DNA of 64,000 bases from Neoechinorhynchus agilis (taxonomy: Eukaryota > Animalia > Acanthocephala). The DNA lies in assembly GCA_051530055.1 (NCBI GenBank), contig CM121341.1:1736001-1800000 (forward strand). Direction: 5' to 3'. Every line of letters starts with the position of its first letter. Positions within the stretch are counted from its first letter, which is position 1. Of this stretch, positions 13,242 to 25,659 are shown one piece after another. The position numbers and the translations under genes were made by a program. The notes below the pieces were generated by a model. That model had not been told where the DNA came from. It was given only the letters and a program-made list of their open reading frames with translations, and searched no databases.

Positions 13242-14050
13242 CAGTCAAAAGTCACGCACCAGAAGCTTTTCCTTATTTTCTCAATGCCTACGGGACCCCG
13301 ACTCCTTTGCTGTTCAACGACCACCTCATTTGGTCCGAAAGAGGAGTGCAGTAGGGAGACCCACTCGGTTCAATCGCTTTCTCCTTTACAGTGAATCCAC
13401 TAGCGCGTTCGCCCCAGTCTGGCTTAAACGGTTGGTACCCGGATAACGCTACGCTCGGAGGTGATCCCTCCGTTGTACTGAGTAATCTGGAGACACTCGT
13501 AAGGGAGACTGCGAGATTGGCCGTTGAGCTTAATGCAGGGAGATGCAAATTGTTTGTAATGAACATCGAAGACGAGTCAGCGCAGAGCGAATTCGTCAAA
13601 GGTTTTAGAAATCCGGCACCCGGTCTAGAATTTATCGCTCTGGACCGGCTGAGTCTCTTCGGGAGCTGCGTTTTTGATTCTAATGTGGAAAATGAAATTC
13701 CTCTGAACTGTAACCAGCGGAAAGTACAAGTATGGGGAAAGCAAAGAGTCGTGTCCAAGAGGACTGAATTTTGCTCGAAGCAATCCAGCAGAAGTGTGGT
13801 GAATCCTTTAGCTGCTAGATATCATGTGCCCTTTGGGATCCGACGAGATCAGCAGCGGAAGAAAGACTCCGGCGTCGACGGATTTTCTGGTGTTGCCGGT
13901 TGAAGCGATCGCGGGATTTGACCAAATCCATACAACGTGATTTGAAGGGCTCATTTTATGCGCAAAACCGCCAATTTCGTGGCTGAAAAAGAGTCTAAAC
14001 AAACGGGGCGTATACCTATGGAGTGGCCTGGTGTCGCAGTAGCGTTAGGG
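13242..14050. mobile_element. Decayed CRE-type (RLE) non-LTR retrotransposon fragments: RT piece on + (13242-13720), N-terminal piece on - (~14050-13720)
   Basis: The + strand reads PVKSHAPEAFPYFLNAYG...GVQ*GDPLG...WYPDNATLGG, homologous to the RT at 46.1-46.9 kb. The - strand reads RIPKGT*YLAAKGFTTLL, homologous to KRIPRDA*YQAAKRF at ~47.55 kb. Confidence 0.8.
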
Positions 14051-14839
14051 GTATTCTTGGTCTTTTCACTTGGCTCGTTAAGTTTTCCGTCTTCATATTG
14101 TTGTCTAGCATCCAGGTTCCGAGCGAATCGAGGCGTCAAAAGCTTTGTTAATTTCAAGTTGTATCGAGACTTTATTGACCCCAGTAATTTGATTATTGAA
14201 GTTCTGCAAATCATTTATCAACGAGTTTACTCCTTTACCTAAGAATGAATCCATGGAAGTTTTGTGGTATTAATTTTTTCTTCAGAATATAGTTCTTTAA
14301 ATTTTAATTTACAACTTTTTCTGTAATTGAGATAAGAAGGTTCTGAATGGCGATAAGTATTACGTCACAAGGGTTTGAAATTATTTTTTTACTATTTTCC
14401 GAGCCTTATTTATTAATAATAAGTATTGGAACGATAGTTTTCTACTCCAAAGTCTTAATAAAAGTTCTCTATTCTCAACTGTGATTTATTGTAATACTTT
14501 GCAGGAGCGAGCATTGTCGGCATTAAATTTACCATCCCATAACGAGAGGATATCTTCTTTGGATAGTTCCATTAAATCGGTATTATTAGCAGGCAGTCAT
14601 GTTGGGGAAGGAGTGATTCCAAAAAGATTGCTAAATAAAATTTAGCCAGTTACATCTGGGTATGAAATTGTGGCCATTAAATTGGAAGTTTTGTGTTTCC
14701 AATCTATTCATTTTTTATTTAAAAGTGTATTCCAACAATTTGGGGGGAGATTTTTGAATCCCAAGTGTCAATAAAAACAAAACTTGATCAATCATGCCGC
14801 TGGAAATTTAAGTTCTATTATATAACAAGTTAGATCGTA

Positions 14840-15560
14840 CACACCACCGCTCTGGATCATTCAGCTGCCGTCCTTGTGTAACGGTCTAAAGGACGGATGC
14901 AGCGTTCCCTCTCGCTGTTTAGTTAGACCTATGTTTTATAGGAGGAATGCTCCTGCCCTCTGATCGCCAGTGATTCGTCTCAATCTCTAAGACAATTGCT
15001 TCACCAGGTCTTGCGCCGCGGTACCAAACGACCCGAGCGTCTCGACGCCAAAGAAATGGTGATTTCGACTTAGGCCCCGGTATTTTGCCTTTTTGCTTTC
15101 CTCAGCGGCGGTTTTTGCTCCCTCTACTGTTTAACAGCCGCGAATTTTGTGTTGCTGGCTGCGAATGACATCCCAAAGAAGGCATTTGCCTCCTTTCGCC
15201 GCGGAAATACTGTGACAACGTCCGGCCTATGGCGGGCTCGGCTCTAGATTGTTGGGCGCATTCACAGCATTCAGGGCATGGCTAAAAGCACCGCGTTCAT
15301 CTCGGCGTGTCGTGAGAACCTTCAGCCTGATTGCCGACAGACGAGACCATGGCGTTCCGATGGATCCACGGTCACTCCGCAACGGCAGCGATAAGATGTG
15401 CACATCGGTACCCCAAGCCTCAGTGACACTGCAATCCTTACTGTCTCGTAGGAGATCACAGTCAAGGTTTAACTTATGCACATAATTTTGCTGGTTCATA
15501 CTTATATAGAGCGTAGAAACGGTCTTCGCAACGTTCTCCGGATATAGCACGCGAGACAAA
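14840..15560 (-). mobile_element. 3' part of the same CRE-type element (Zn finger plus restriction-like endonuclease)
   Basis: [21 protein letters not shown]...HGLVC...RFSRHAEMN motif. 14850-15250 is a near reverse-complement copy of 47860-48255. Confidence 0.85.
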
Positions 15561-15580
15561 TTTTATTTGCCATAAATCTC

Positions 15581-16165
15581 TTAAAACCTTGTGCATCCAT
15601 TAAGCTGTTGTTGAGAGTTTATGTTTATCCTCGACAACCTGTTGCTCACAATGACAGTTGCCAGCAATATTGGTAATATAATAGAAGTATACACTGATAA
15701 TTGTGTTAGGAAAATCCAATGGATTATAATTACAGCTTGTGACCATCGCTTACAACTGCTTGTTTTATGGACGTGGGACATCGGATTGTTTTGTGTCCAA
15801 GTTAAATTCATCTGTAGATGATGATAAACATTTTTCATGTGCAATATCCAATGAGCCGTCAAAAGTCCGTATTGAACGATGATTGTTCCTATCAATACTG
15901 TTGGTCTTATTGTTTTGCTGAATTCGTTACCAATAGTCAAAACGACAAGGACACTAGTTGTGAAGAAGATACAGCTGATAGTTGATACGAGCAATAACGG
16001 TATCTGGCTCTCCCATTGTCTTGCGCAGTGCCACAGAATGAAAGCGTTTGATAGACAACAAACTAAAGCAATCGATATTTGTAGAAATTGAGGCGCTCGG
16101 CAGTCAGCTAGAAATTTTAAATTTTCGATGAATATGCCACTATGGGACTGGGTTTTAACTTTCAT
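15581..16165 (-). CDS. 194-aa orphan membrane protein, about four hydrophobic segments
   Basis: Open ORF with four hydrophobic stretches. No family recognised. Confidence 0.55.
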   Translation of the reverse strand: MKVKTQSHSGIFIENLKFLADCRAPQFLQISIALVCCLSNAFILWHCARQWESQIPLLLVSTISCIFFTTSVLVVLTIGNEFSKTIRPTVLIGTIIVQYGLLTAHWILHMKNVYHHLQMNLTWTQNNPMSHVHKTSSCKRWSQAVIIIHWIFLTQLSVYTSIILPILLATVIVSNRLSRININSQQQLNGCTRF

Positions 16166-19100
16166 ATCCCGTTGACTTCAAGGTTTAAAAACTATCTTTT
16201 CATTTGCAGTTTTTAATCTTAAATATTGGACAGTTAACGAGTAGTGTGCTTGTTTGCGCTTTACTCTGGTTGCCATCCATGTAAACTGTAAAAGGTTATG
16301 ATACCTTTTTGACTTTTATATTTTAATAGTCACAAATTTCAACTGAAACGAGGGGCGAGATATAGTGTTTATTAGCACGTTTTAATTGGAGTTTTCACTA
16401 TTTGCCATCGGCAACACTTTTAATGGCTCATTTAGCATAGTAACAATGCATTGGTTTGCCACGCTAGAAATTGAATTTACATAACTCGAGAAGGAGTCCA
16501 TGGTTATGTCTAAGACAGCTTAATCTCAATTGATAAAGTTCGACTACGCGTTCTAGATAGAATCAAAATGGATGCCGGTATGCTTTACAAACCGCGATGT
16601 CTTCAGACAATCTATGACACTTTGGAATATGACAAATGGATGCATTTAGCGTCCTAAAATTAGTTCTTTATGAAATATAGGCCGATTCTTTACATCGAAG
16701 TCGAACGGTGCGTCTTGTTTCATAGATATTCTTAGACAGCACAATTCATCAGGGTGCAGTTCTTATGAATTATAGTAGAGGTTTGTAAATTAAATGCTCA
16801 TTTACTCAAACAATGATGGGTAATTTTCATGTTGACTCCTTAGAAATAATAATTTAAAAATTGTAATTTGAAATTAAGGGAGAATTGATTGCAACGGCTA
16901 GTATATTCAAAGTTCAAATATTTTTTAGATATCTCATCGTATGCTATAAAAGGTTACCACAAAGCAAAAGAAACTAACTAACGAAAAAACTTGTTCGTGG
17001 TTTCCAAAGATCCTTTATATAATTGGTATAGGTCTTATAGATTTTTAGAAAGCAAAGCGGGGGTTAAACGAAGAATCTAATTTTTATTTAAGTAAATTTT
17101 GCGTATTAAGTATTCTTGGTATAACCTTTGAAAGATAAAACATCAGCTATTCAATTTTTAATAAATTAAAATAAAATAGATTTTTTCAAACATTAACGAA
17201 AAATAAAAAGAGATCCGCTTCTTGTACTGGTGCCTATAACGAGCAACAAATTCTTGAACGTATCAGTTACTAAAAATACGAGGGCGAATTTTTTCAGTTT
17301 TGCATTTTCGGCAAATAGGAAAAATCGCAAATGTCGTACTTTACGATAATTGCGGAGGTGAAGAAAAATTTGACTGTACTCTATTTTTTAAATACTTTAA
17401 AGTCGTAAAGGGATTGAGGAGCAAGTCAAGCTTTATAGTAATTCACTATAAACTGAGAGCTTGAATTTTTCAATATACATTTTTTGCTCGATCTTAACTT
17501 GTTCGGATCTGATTAAAATCAATATTTGTGGCGCACATAGTAGTTCCCTTTTCAAAAATGCGAAATTTAAAACGCTGGTAAAAACATAAAGACGAATGTA
17601 CATAATGAAGGCGCCTGTTAGAAACGAAAATTGATCCCTTTTATTTAACATTGGCTAGCTTAATTTGTGCAATTTCAGATTCGCTCAGTCCAAGTTGAAT
17701 TTTTAAGACATGACTAATTCCGCTCTGCGTCTTTAATTTTGAAAAGTCAGAAAATCTAAATTAGAAAGTTATTAGTCTTTCTTTGATGTGGTTAGAAAAA
17801 GTTATTCGTTTTGCTTAATATCACACAACTTTCAACAAGATTAAAACAATGATAATAACGCCGCAAAATAGGATCCCGAAAAAATATACCACATTAGCTT
17901 GGTAAACAAGAAAACATTTAATTACAAACTATTAGTAATATTAACTCTTAATATCGCTTCCCTAATAAATCCCACTAAGATTGAAAAAGTTTCAGTATTT
18001 CATCAAAATAAAGCTTTCGTGAAATTATTTGTTCGGTTTCGATTTACGGAGAAAACTACGATTAAAATTGAATGTTAAATTACTTAAAACTTAAAATGTT
18101 AAAATGATCGCGAATTGAGTGTTCTGTATATTTCAAGATTAATTTAAATAAATTATTTTAATTACTATAATTGATACAGCATTTTTGCGTTTTCATAAAA
18201 CTTAAGAAAATACCTTGTGTTCCATTTAAATGGCAAGATCGGAGCGAAATATTTCGAATGAAGTTTCTCTTAACTTCAAATGTACGCTGTTAATTAAAAT
18301 AATTTTAGTGCCCATAACTTTGAAAATAAGAGAATATTGAGAGTGAGGAATTCATATCCTCCCACTTTTGCATACTTTACTGTAATGTCGACATTTTCAG
18401 GCGCCACACTTTAAATAACCTTGCAGTGCTGGTAAGGAATTTTGAATGCGCAATATTCATGTGCCGTAGATAAAGTGGTTCGGTTTGCTTCCTTCGATAT
18501 CAATTTATCAAAAAAATGGATCGAATCGCTGAAAAAGGTAAAATAAAGCCATCTAACCTCAAATTTGAATTTCGAGTAAACCTTTACTTCAATTTTTCTT
18601 TAAGAGTCATTATTTAATTTCAATCCTGAAGGACTAATCCGAGATTCATGACTGTGGGAGCCGGCACGCAGAATGTTTCCGTTTTGCAAAGCAGAGAAAG
18701 TTTTGGTCTTTAGCATTTCCATCAACAAGCTTAACGCTGGGAGGCATATTCGCAGATCATCATCTACCGTGCACATTTAATTATAAATCTCTTGTGACAA
18801 GTATGAGCGCCCCATGATCCATTATGTACTTTACAAAACCAAATCATTCATGATTCAAAGATCTTTCCAGTGTGTCAGAATTCTGGCAAATGCCCATCTA
18901 CAATGTTCTGGCCGCCGACGATCTTAATGGCATTTCCCAAGATAGTTTCTATTGCAATAGTTCTTACCTCAATAAAAAGACATGAATTGTATTTGATCCA
19001 ATGGAGTTGACGAAAACATTTCGATTGGAAATAAAAATGAAGTAAATGAATCGGAGGATAAAACTACTTGAGATATTGTATACATCATTAAGAAGAGCGA

Positions 19101-19801
19101 ATCGTTTCACTTGGGTTATTAGTTTACGGATCTGGTAACTACTGATCTTTACTGAAAGCGGATGTAGTTGTTCTTCACTTCTACGCTTCATCGCCCAATT
19201 TGAGGACTGAGAATTGTTCACGAAAGGTTGGGGCTTTTCACAACTGACTTAGTCGTCTTTTTTGAAATTTCTAATGGTGGCAATCAAATAATTTTATTAA
19301 CCTGGTGGTATAATAGAGGCACAGATAATACGCCAAAGTTTCAAAGATTCATCTCAGTTTTGCAATAGTAAGATCCGGCTAGTGACATTTCGAAGTTTAC
19401 ATGGATAATCACTGTAGTAGAGTCTAGAGTTTTCGGAAGAGATAAGACTTTATAACCTTAATTTGGCCCGCATTTAAGTCTCTAAATTCCTAAAATGACA
19501 TAAAAATAATCAAAGGTTTTATTTTTTAAAGTTATTGTACGCTGCTTAGATATTGTGAACTTAAACACAAAGTCAACTCCAAATTTGAAAAATGATAACT
19601 CAAAATAGATGCACACTAAAAGTAAAGGCACATTTGATAGTTTGATCTATGAGCTAAAGGAAGTAATATCATGGATTTTATAGAAAATACCGATTCTCTT
19701 GAATTCATCTAAACAAATGATGTTGCGTCGTTCTCTGCCACAAAACATTCACCAACCAAAAAAGGTCGCTTATAAATCAACTTTATTTATTAACACGAAT
19801 A

Positions 19802-22800
19802 CTATCCCAGATTGATCGGCTTTCGATTCCTTGGTGAGCTTAAAGCCTTAATAATTTCCTCTTCATTCGGATCATCGTCTTTATTCCCGGACGAATTCAC
19901 TTGAACTCCCTCGCTACTTGTAGAGTTAAAACGATCCATCTCGGGAGTTCCAGGTTCTGTTTTAACTGACGGATTAGATGAATCGGGGCTATTAATTTGA
20001 GGACGTAGTGAACGTAGATGGTGTGATCTTCTAAACGTTTCAGGCAAGCTGGACATTTCATCGTCATCATCGTCGCTACAATTGTCATAAATTCCCGGAA
20101 CGCCACAATGAGAATCAACTCCATCCACTGGAAATTTATCCAACATCAAAGTCGACTTTAAGCGCCCAAAAATTGTTGGATTCTGGACTGTGGATCTTGG
20201 AGCCGATTTGTCTACAACACCGGAAGTTCGCGTAATCTCGAATGTATTCGATGCTCTAGAATTTTTTGCCCCATCATTAGGAAAATGCTCGATTAAATTT
20301 AAATTTTCATCTTCCAGGAATCCTTCAAAGTGGTCATAACCACCAAAATTCAGTCCATACAACGGCACATCTTCGATTGCATCGTACTTTGTTGGAGTGA
20401 AGAGAAGACACCGATTGTCAACTTGAGAAACCCGTTCATCAACGCTTACGGTTCGCCGTTGGCCGTCTATTGCGTACAAGTAACCGTTATTTAGAAGTGA
20501 TAATATATAGGACAATCGATGTATCAAGCATTCTATTGCCGACCTTAGCATTATCGTCTTTTCAGCGGAAATCGCATAGGAATGTCTTTGTCTGGTTATC
20601 GATTGTCGTGCTCCGGTATTCGATCCTCGACTGCGTAAAGCGAGGCCACTTTCCTGTTCCACGATGATCACGAAAATCGCTCGATCGGCATAGAGCTTTA
20701 TCCGCTCACCAACAACACGAGCGGCAGGCAACGAGTATGGAATCCTCTCTTTAGTAAATGCATTTCTTAGGGTGCATCTGAACCACACGTATCCACGTTT
20801 GGCAAGTGGCTGTCTTAGCAGCTGCTCGAGAGTTGTGTATTTCCAGCTAAGAGCGGAATCCGGCTCGATTGGAATTCGAAAAACCGAATCATCGGGAAGC
20901 TCAATAATGCACTCTGCTCTATTGATTAAGCGATGCAATTGAGAGTTTTTCCTGCCGAATGGGGCTTTATTTGAAGACCTGACTAGAGTTGTTGTAGCTT
21001 CTGAATCGGGTTTTTTCACTGTAAACTTCTTCCATTTCATCCAAGCTTTTGTCCAAGGTAGCAAAGATAGTGTTTTCTTTTCGTTTGTTTCCTAAATTTA
21101 AGATAAGATTTAGTTTGTGCATCCTTAAATTTAAGAGCACTTTGACTGTCTCAAACGTTTCACTTTGCGTAGAGTATGTATTCTTAAAAACATTGCTTCT
21201 GATCAGCGTAAAAAGTTTTAAGCTTCACTCAACACGAATATATGTATGAATGAAAATCAATTCAATCAAAAATGCTATTTTTGTTTCTTGGTTTCAAATT
21301 AAGCCCACAATATGATTTGAACCACTTTTTGGTCTGTTGAGGATTTGAATTACACATTCTAGCTTAGAAAAAGAACAGCGTTCTACACTTCAGACCATCG
21401 ATGGTCTATGTAGATTTATACGAAGGGCTATAGATGTTCCTAATCTATGAACCCCATACCATTTTAAAGGAAAGCTTAATTAAAATTTACAACTTTGTCT
21501 GTTAAAAAGCGAAGTTTAAAATATATGAAAGTTAATAATGTGAATTCCGGTTAAAGTGCTGCTACAAAAGGGTGCATTAGACCGATATATAACAAATTAT
21601 TTCGAAAAGCTGCAATATTACTAAAAATGGCTCCGTGTACGAGACTGGTAACTGCTCTAAAAGTAGACACAGATAAGATTCGTTGAAGCCACGAAAATAC
21701 CCGGAAAATTGCGCTAGGTCAAGATTTGAACAACATCTTTTATCGTATAATTTTGCAATTGGCTTAAACGAATCATCAGCTTCGATATAAAATTCTCATA
21801 TAAAACAAAGCGTTAATAGCTCTTACCAAAATCATACTCAAAATATAAAATGTACTAAAATATTTTCTCTTCTTATGAGCGTAGAATGCAATGTCAGGTC
21901 CCCCCAATACTGTAAATAGAATAAATCTGTATAACCTTGAACAGTACAGTCGAGGCAGGCATGTGCAAACAAGAATGGGAGAAAATCTTCCTTTTAAGGG
22001 CCAGGGCCTTGAGGCAACAAACGAATTATTCATTCCCACACTTGGCTCCCTTCTTCAGCCTTTACAAAACTATCCTCCTCACATTCAAATTTGACGATTT
22101 TGGTCCCATTTGAAAAGTATATAAACCTCCCCTTGAAATTTTTTATCAACTTACTTGTGCTTTTTTATCGTCAATGGGAGTTATTTCTGGAGTACTTTGC
22201 GACGATTGAGCAGGAATAACTGCATACTGGTCTCTGGTGGTTTCTTTACCTGAGGAAAGACGATTTTTATACATATCAGATTTGATAAAACGCTGATAAC
22301 TGTCATATTTCATGAGTTTGTAAATCTATATTTTTGGAGGACCGAAATCTATAAACTTTTGAGACTTAAAAGAACAAACCTGCTCTTGAATACCAGCGAA
22401 CAGGTACCTAGATGGTAATTGTAGCGCTTCATTGATTTCTGAATTGATTTCTATTGAGCATAATTCCTTGGACCGATCATCTACTCCATTGGTCTCTCAC
22501 TCAAAACAATCCACATGAGAGCCCAGTGGCTACGTTAATTACCCTCGTTGCAGTCGGAGCAAGGAAACGTGCCCAAATACTCTGTGCTTGTTTTCTGCGC
22601 TCATCGCAATCATCAATTTGTTCATATTGTACACATGCTAACCAAAAATCTAGATTTTCTTCACTGAATTCGGATCGTAGGAATTCCTATAGTACCATAT
22701 GATTATTTACGAAAAGTTCTATTTTAAATCCTTAGAGATAAAACACATACCCGAAATACATTGCGACCTTCGGAATCGTCCAATAGGTCATGCAATGAAT

Positions 22801-22970
22801 TCGTCCACTTGCTAAAAAGTTCATTGGTGTCCGGATTCAAAGGAGCGAACGAACGACGATTCGACATATCTTCATTCGGTTCGTCTATGTTTTTGTTGTG
22901 ATCACCGATATCCGTTAGGTGAGAGGACAAAGTGTTTGTCAGTCGAAGAACGTTATTCTCATGTTGTCGC
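19802..22970 (-). CDS. RGS12/RGS14/loco-like regulator of G-protein signalling, multi-exon, 5' end not located
   Basis: Exons read WTNSLHDLLDDSEGRNVFR (~22.75 kb), EFSEENLDFWLACVQY (~22.65 kb) and LMKYDSYQRFIKSDMYK (~22.3 kb). The last large exon (19802-~21070) has Ras-binding-domain-like IIELPDDS...LEQLLRQPLAKRG. Confidence 0.75.
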
Positions 22971-23745
22971 ACTAGAGTGGATCACTTTTGTGGCACGGCC
23001 GGAATGGATTAAGACAACGATTTCTGTCTCCGAGAACACATATACACACGTGCTCTCCGATGTGCCAATGGGCGGAAAGGGAATACAGTGAGTGCTTCGC
23101 TTAAAACATGAGTTGTCTGTTTTCCTGAAAGTTTCGATAAACAAGCAGGGATTATTCGAGTTGATCTTTTATTTGTAAAATAATATATACGAAAATCGGG
23201 AGAAAATCAAAATTTATTTTATTTTACACTACATTTAAATCAACTGTTTGGCTCATAAGCTCGGCAATAACATTACTCGTTCGTGACATTTAAACGAACG
23301 ACTTTTGATATCTAAAAGTTCTAATAGATCGAGGAAATTAAAGTACAGAATTTATTGGGGCGGAAATTATTAGCAAAAATACGTAAACTTTTTGAAACTC
23401 TCATAACAAAATTGGTTTCAGTAGAGCAACTTTTATGAATTTAGGGCAGCATAAGATACATCGTTTGACTCTTTTAAACCTAATATTTTTTTATCTAGAT
23501 TGCATTTTTGCTTTCAAGCGCAAAAAGTTCCAATTTATGCGAATGTTAATTTAGACAAAGAAGGATTTAGAAAGAGAAAACGTAAATCCACAATGATTAG
23601 TTTGTACACTTTTGGGAACATAAGCATCGATAGTATTTTAGTAGCAAAAATATTTTTCCATCTCTATGCATTTATAAGATAAATTATTTAATCTTCGACG
23701 TTGAATAATTTTATCCGGTGATTTGAGGAGCATGATTCGCCACAT

Positions 23746-25590
23746 AATGGATAATTATATCTAGAAGTATCTACTTGTTTCTTCGAAGCGTCAAAAGACA
23801 ACTAGGCTGAAAAGAGACCTTCTAGACCATCTTAAAATGAAGATTTCATCAATAATAGTGGCATTGCTCTTTTTTTGTTAAAGGATTAAATGGATAATTA
23901 TATCTACAAGTATCTACTTGTTTCTTCGAAGCGTCAAAAGACAACTAGGCTAAAAATGAGACCTTCTAGACCATCTTAAAATGAAGATTTCATCAATAAT
24001 AGTGGCATTGCTCTTTTTTTGTTAAAGGATTAAATGGATAATTATATCTACAAGTATCTACTTGTTTCTTCGAAGCGTCAAAAGACAACTAGGCTAAAAA
24101 TGAGACCTTCTAGACCATCTTAAAATGAAGATTTCATCAATAATAGTGGCATTGCTCTTTTTTTGTTAAAGGATTAAATGGATAATTATATCTACAAGTA
24201 TCTACTTGTTTCTTCGAAGCGTCAAAAGACAACTGGGCTGAAAAAGAGACCTTCGTGACCATCTTAAAATGAAGATTTCATCAATAATAGTGGCATTGCT
24301 CTTTTTTGTTAAAGGATTAAATGGATAATTATATCTACAAGTATCCACTTGTTTCTTCGAAGCGTCAAAAGACAACTAGGCTAAAAAGAGACCTTCTAGA
24401 CCATCTAAAAGGAAGATTTCATCAATAATAGTGGCATTGCTCTTTTTTGTTAAAGGATTAAATGGATAATTATATCTACAAGTATCTACTTGTTTCTTCG
24501 AAGCGTCAAAAGACAACTGGGCTGAAAAGAGACCTTCGTGACCATCTAAAATGAAGATTTCATCAATAATAGTGGCATTGCTCTTTTTTGTTAAAGGATT
24601 AAATGGATAATTATATCTACAAGTATCTACTTGTTTCTTCGAAGCGTCAAAAGACAACTGGGCCGAAAAAGAGACCTTCGTGACCATCTAAAAGGAAGAT
24701 TTCATCAATAATAGTGGCATTGCTCTTTTTTGTTAAAGGATTAAATGGTTAATTATATCTACAAGTATCTACTTGTTTCTTCGAAGCGTCAAAAGACAAC
24801 TGGGCTGAAAAAGAGACCTTCGTGACCATCTAAAAGGAAGATTTCATCAATAATAGTGGCATTGTTCTTTTTTTGTTAAAGGATTAAATGGATAATAATA
24901 TCTACAAGTATCTACTTGTTTCTTCGAAGCGTCAAAAGACAACTGGGCTGAAAAGAGACCTTCTTGACCATCTTAAAATGAAGATTTCATCAATAATAGT
25001 GGCATTGCTCTTTTTTGTTAAAGGATTAAATGGATAATTATATCTACAAGTATCTACTTGTTTCTTCGAAGCGTCAAAAGACAACTAGGCTGAAAAAGAG
25101 ACCTTAACCATCTAAAAGGAAGATTTCATCAATAATAGTGGCATTGCTCTTTTTTTGTTAAAGGATTAAATGGATAATTATATCTACAAGTATCTACTTG
25201 TTTCTTCGAAGCGTCAAAAGACAACTGGGCTGAAAAAGAGACCTTGACCATCTAAAAGGAAGATTTCATCAATAATAGTGGCATTGCTCTTTTTTGTTAA
25301 AGGATTAAATGGTTAATTATATCTACAAGTATCTACTTGTTTCTTCGAAGCGTCAAAAGACAACTGGGCTGAAAAAGAGACCTTCTAGACCATCTAAAAT
25401 GAAGATTTCATCAATAATAGTGGCATTGCTCTTTTTTTGTTAAAGGATTAAATGGATAATAATATCTACAAGTATCTACTTGTTTCTTCGAAGCGTCAAA
25501 AGACAACTAGGCTAAAAATGAGACCTTCGTGACCATCTAAAAGGAAGATTTCATCAATAATAGTGGCATTGCTCTTTTTTGTTAAAGGAT
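23746..25590. repeat. Tandem array, ~139-144-bp unit, 13 copies
   Basis: AATGGATAATTATATCTACAAGTATCTACTTGTTTCTTCGAAGCG... recurs at 23746, 23889, 24033 and onward to 25451. Confidence 0.97.
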
Positions 25591-25659
25591 CAATAATGTT
25601 AGTCTGATTATGAGCGATCCACGATTAGCATTACATAGATATTAGTTTTACAATATTTG

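Noticed and set aside
16480-16780. Protein-like stretch DKVRLRVLDRIKMDAGMLYKPRC
   Set aside because: Interrupted by stops and no family recognised.
18560-19300. Possible minus-strand exons, including ORF 18964-19221
   Set aside because: One good donor, but no consistent reading frame or recognisable domain.
19802-22970. Axin as the identity of the RGS gene
   Set aside because: The first RGS helix resembles Axin, but I see RBD-like sequence and no DIX domain, so RGS12/14-like is preferred.
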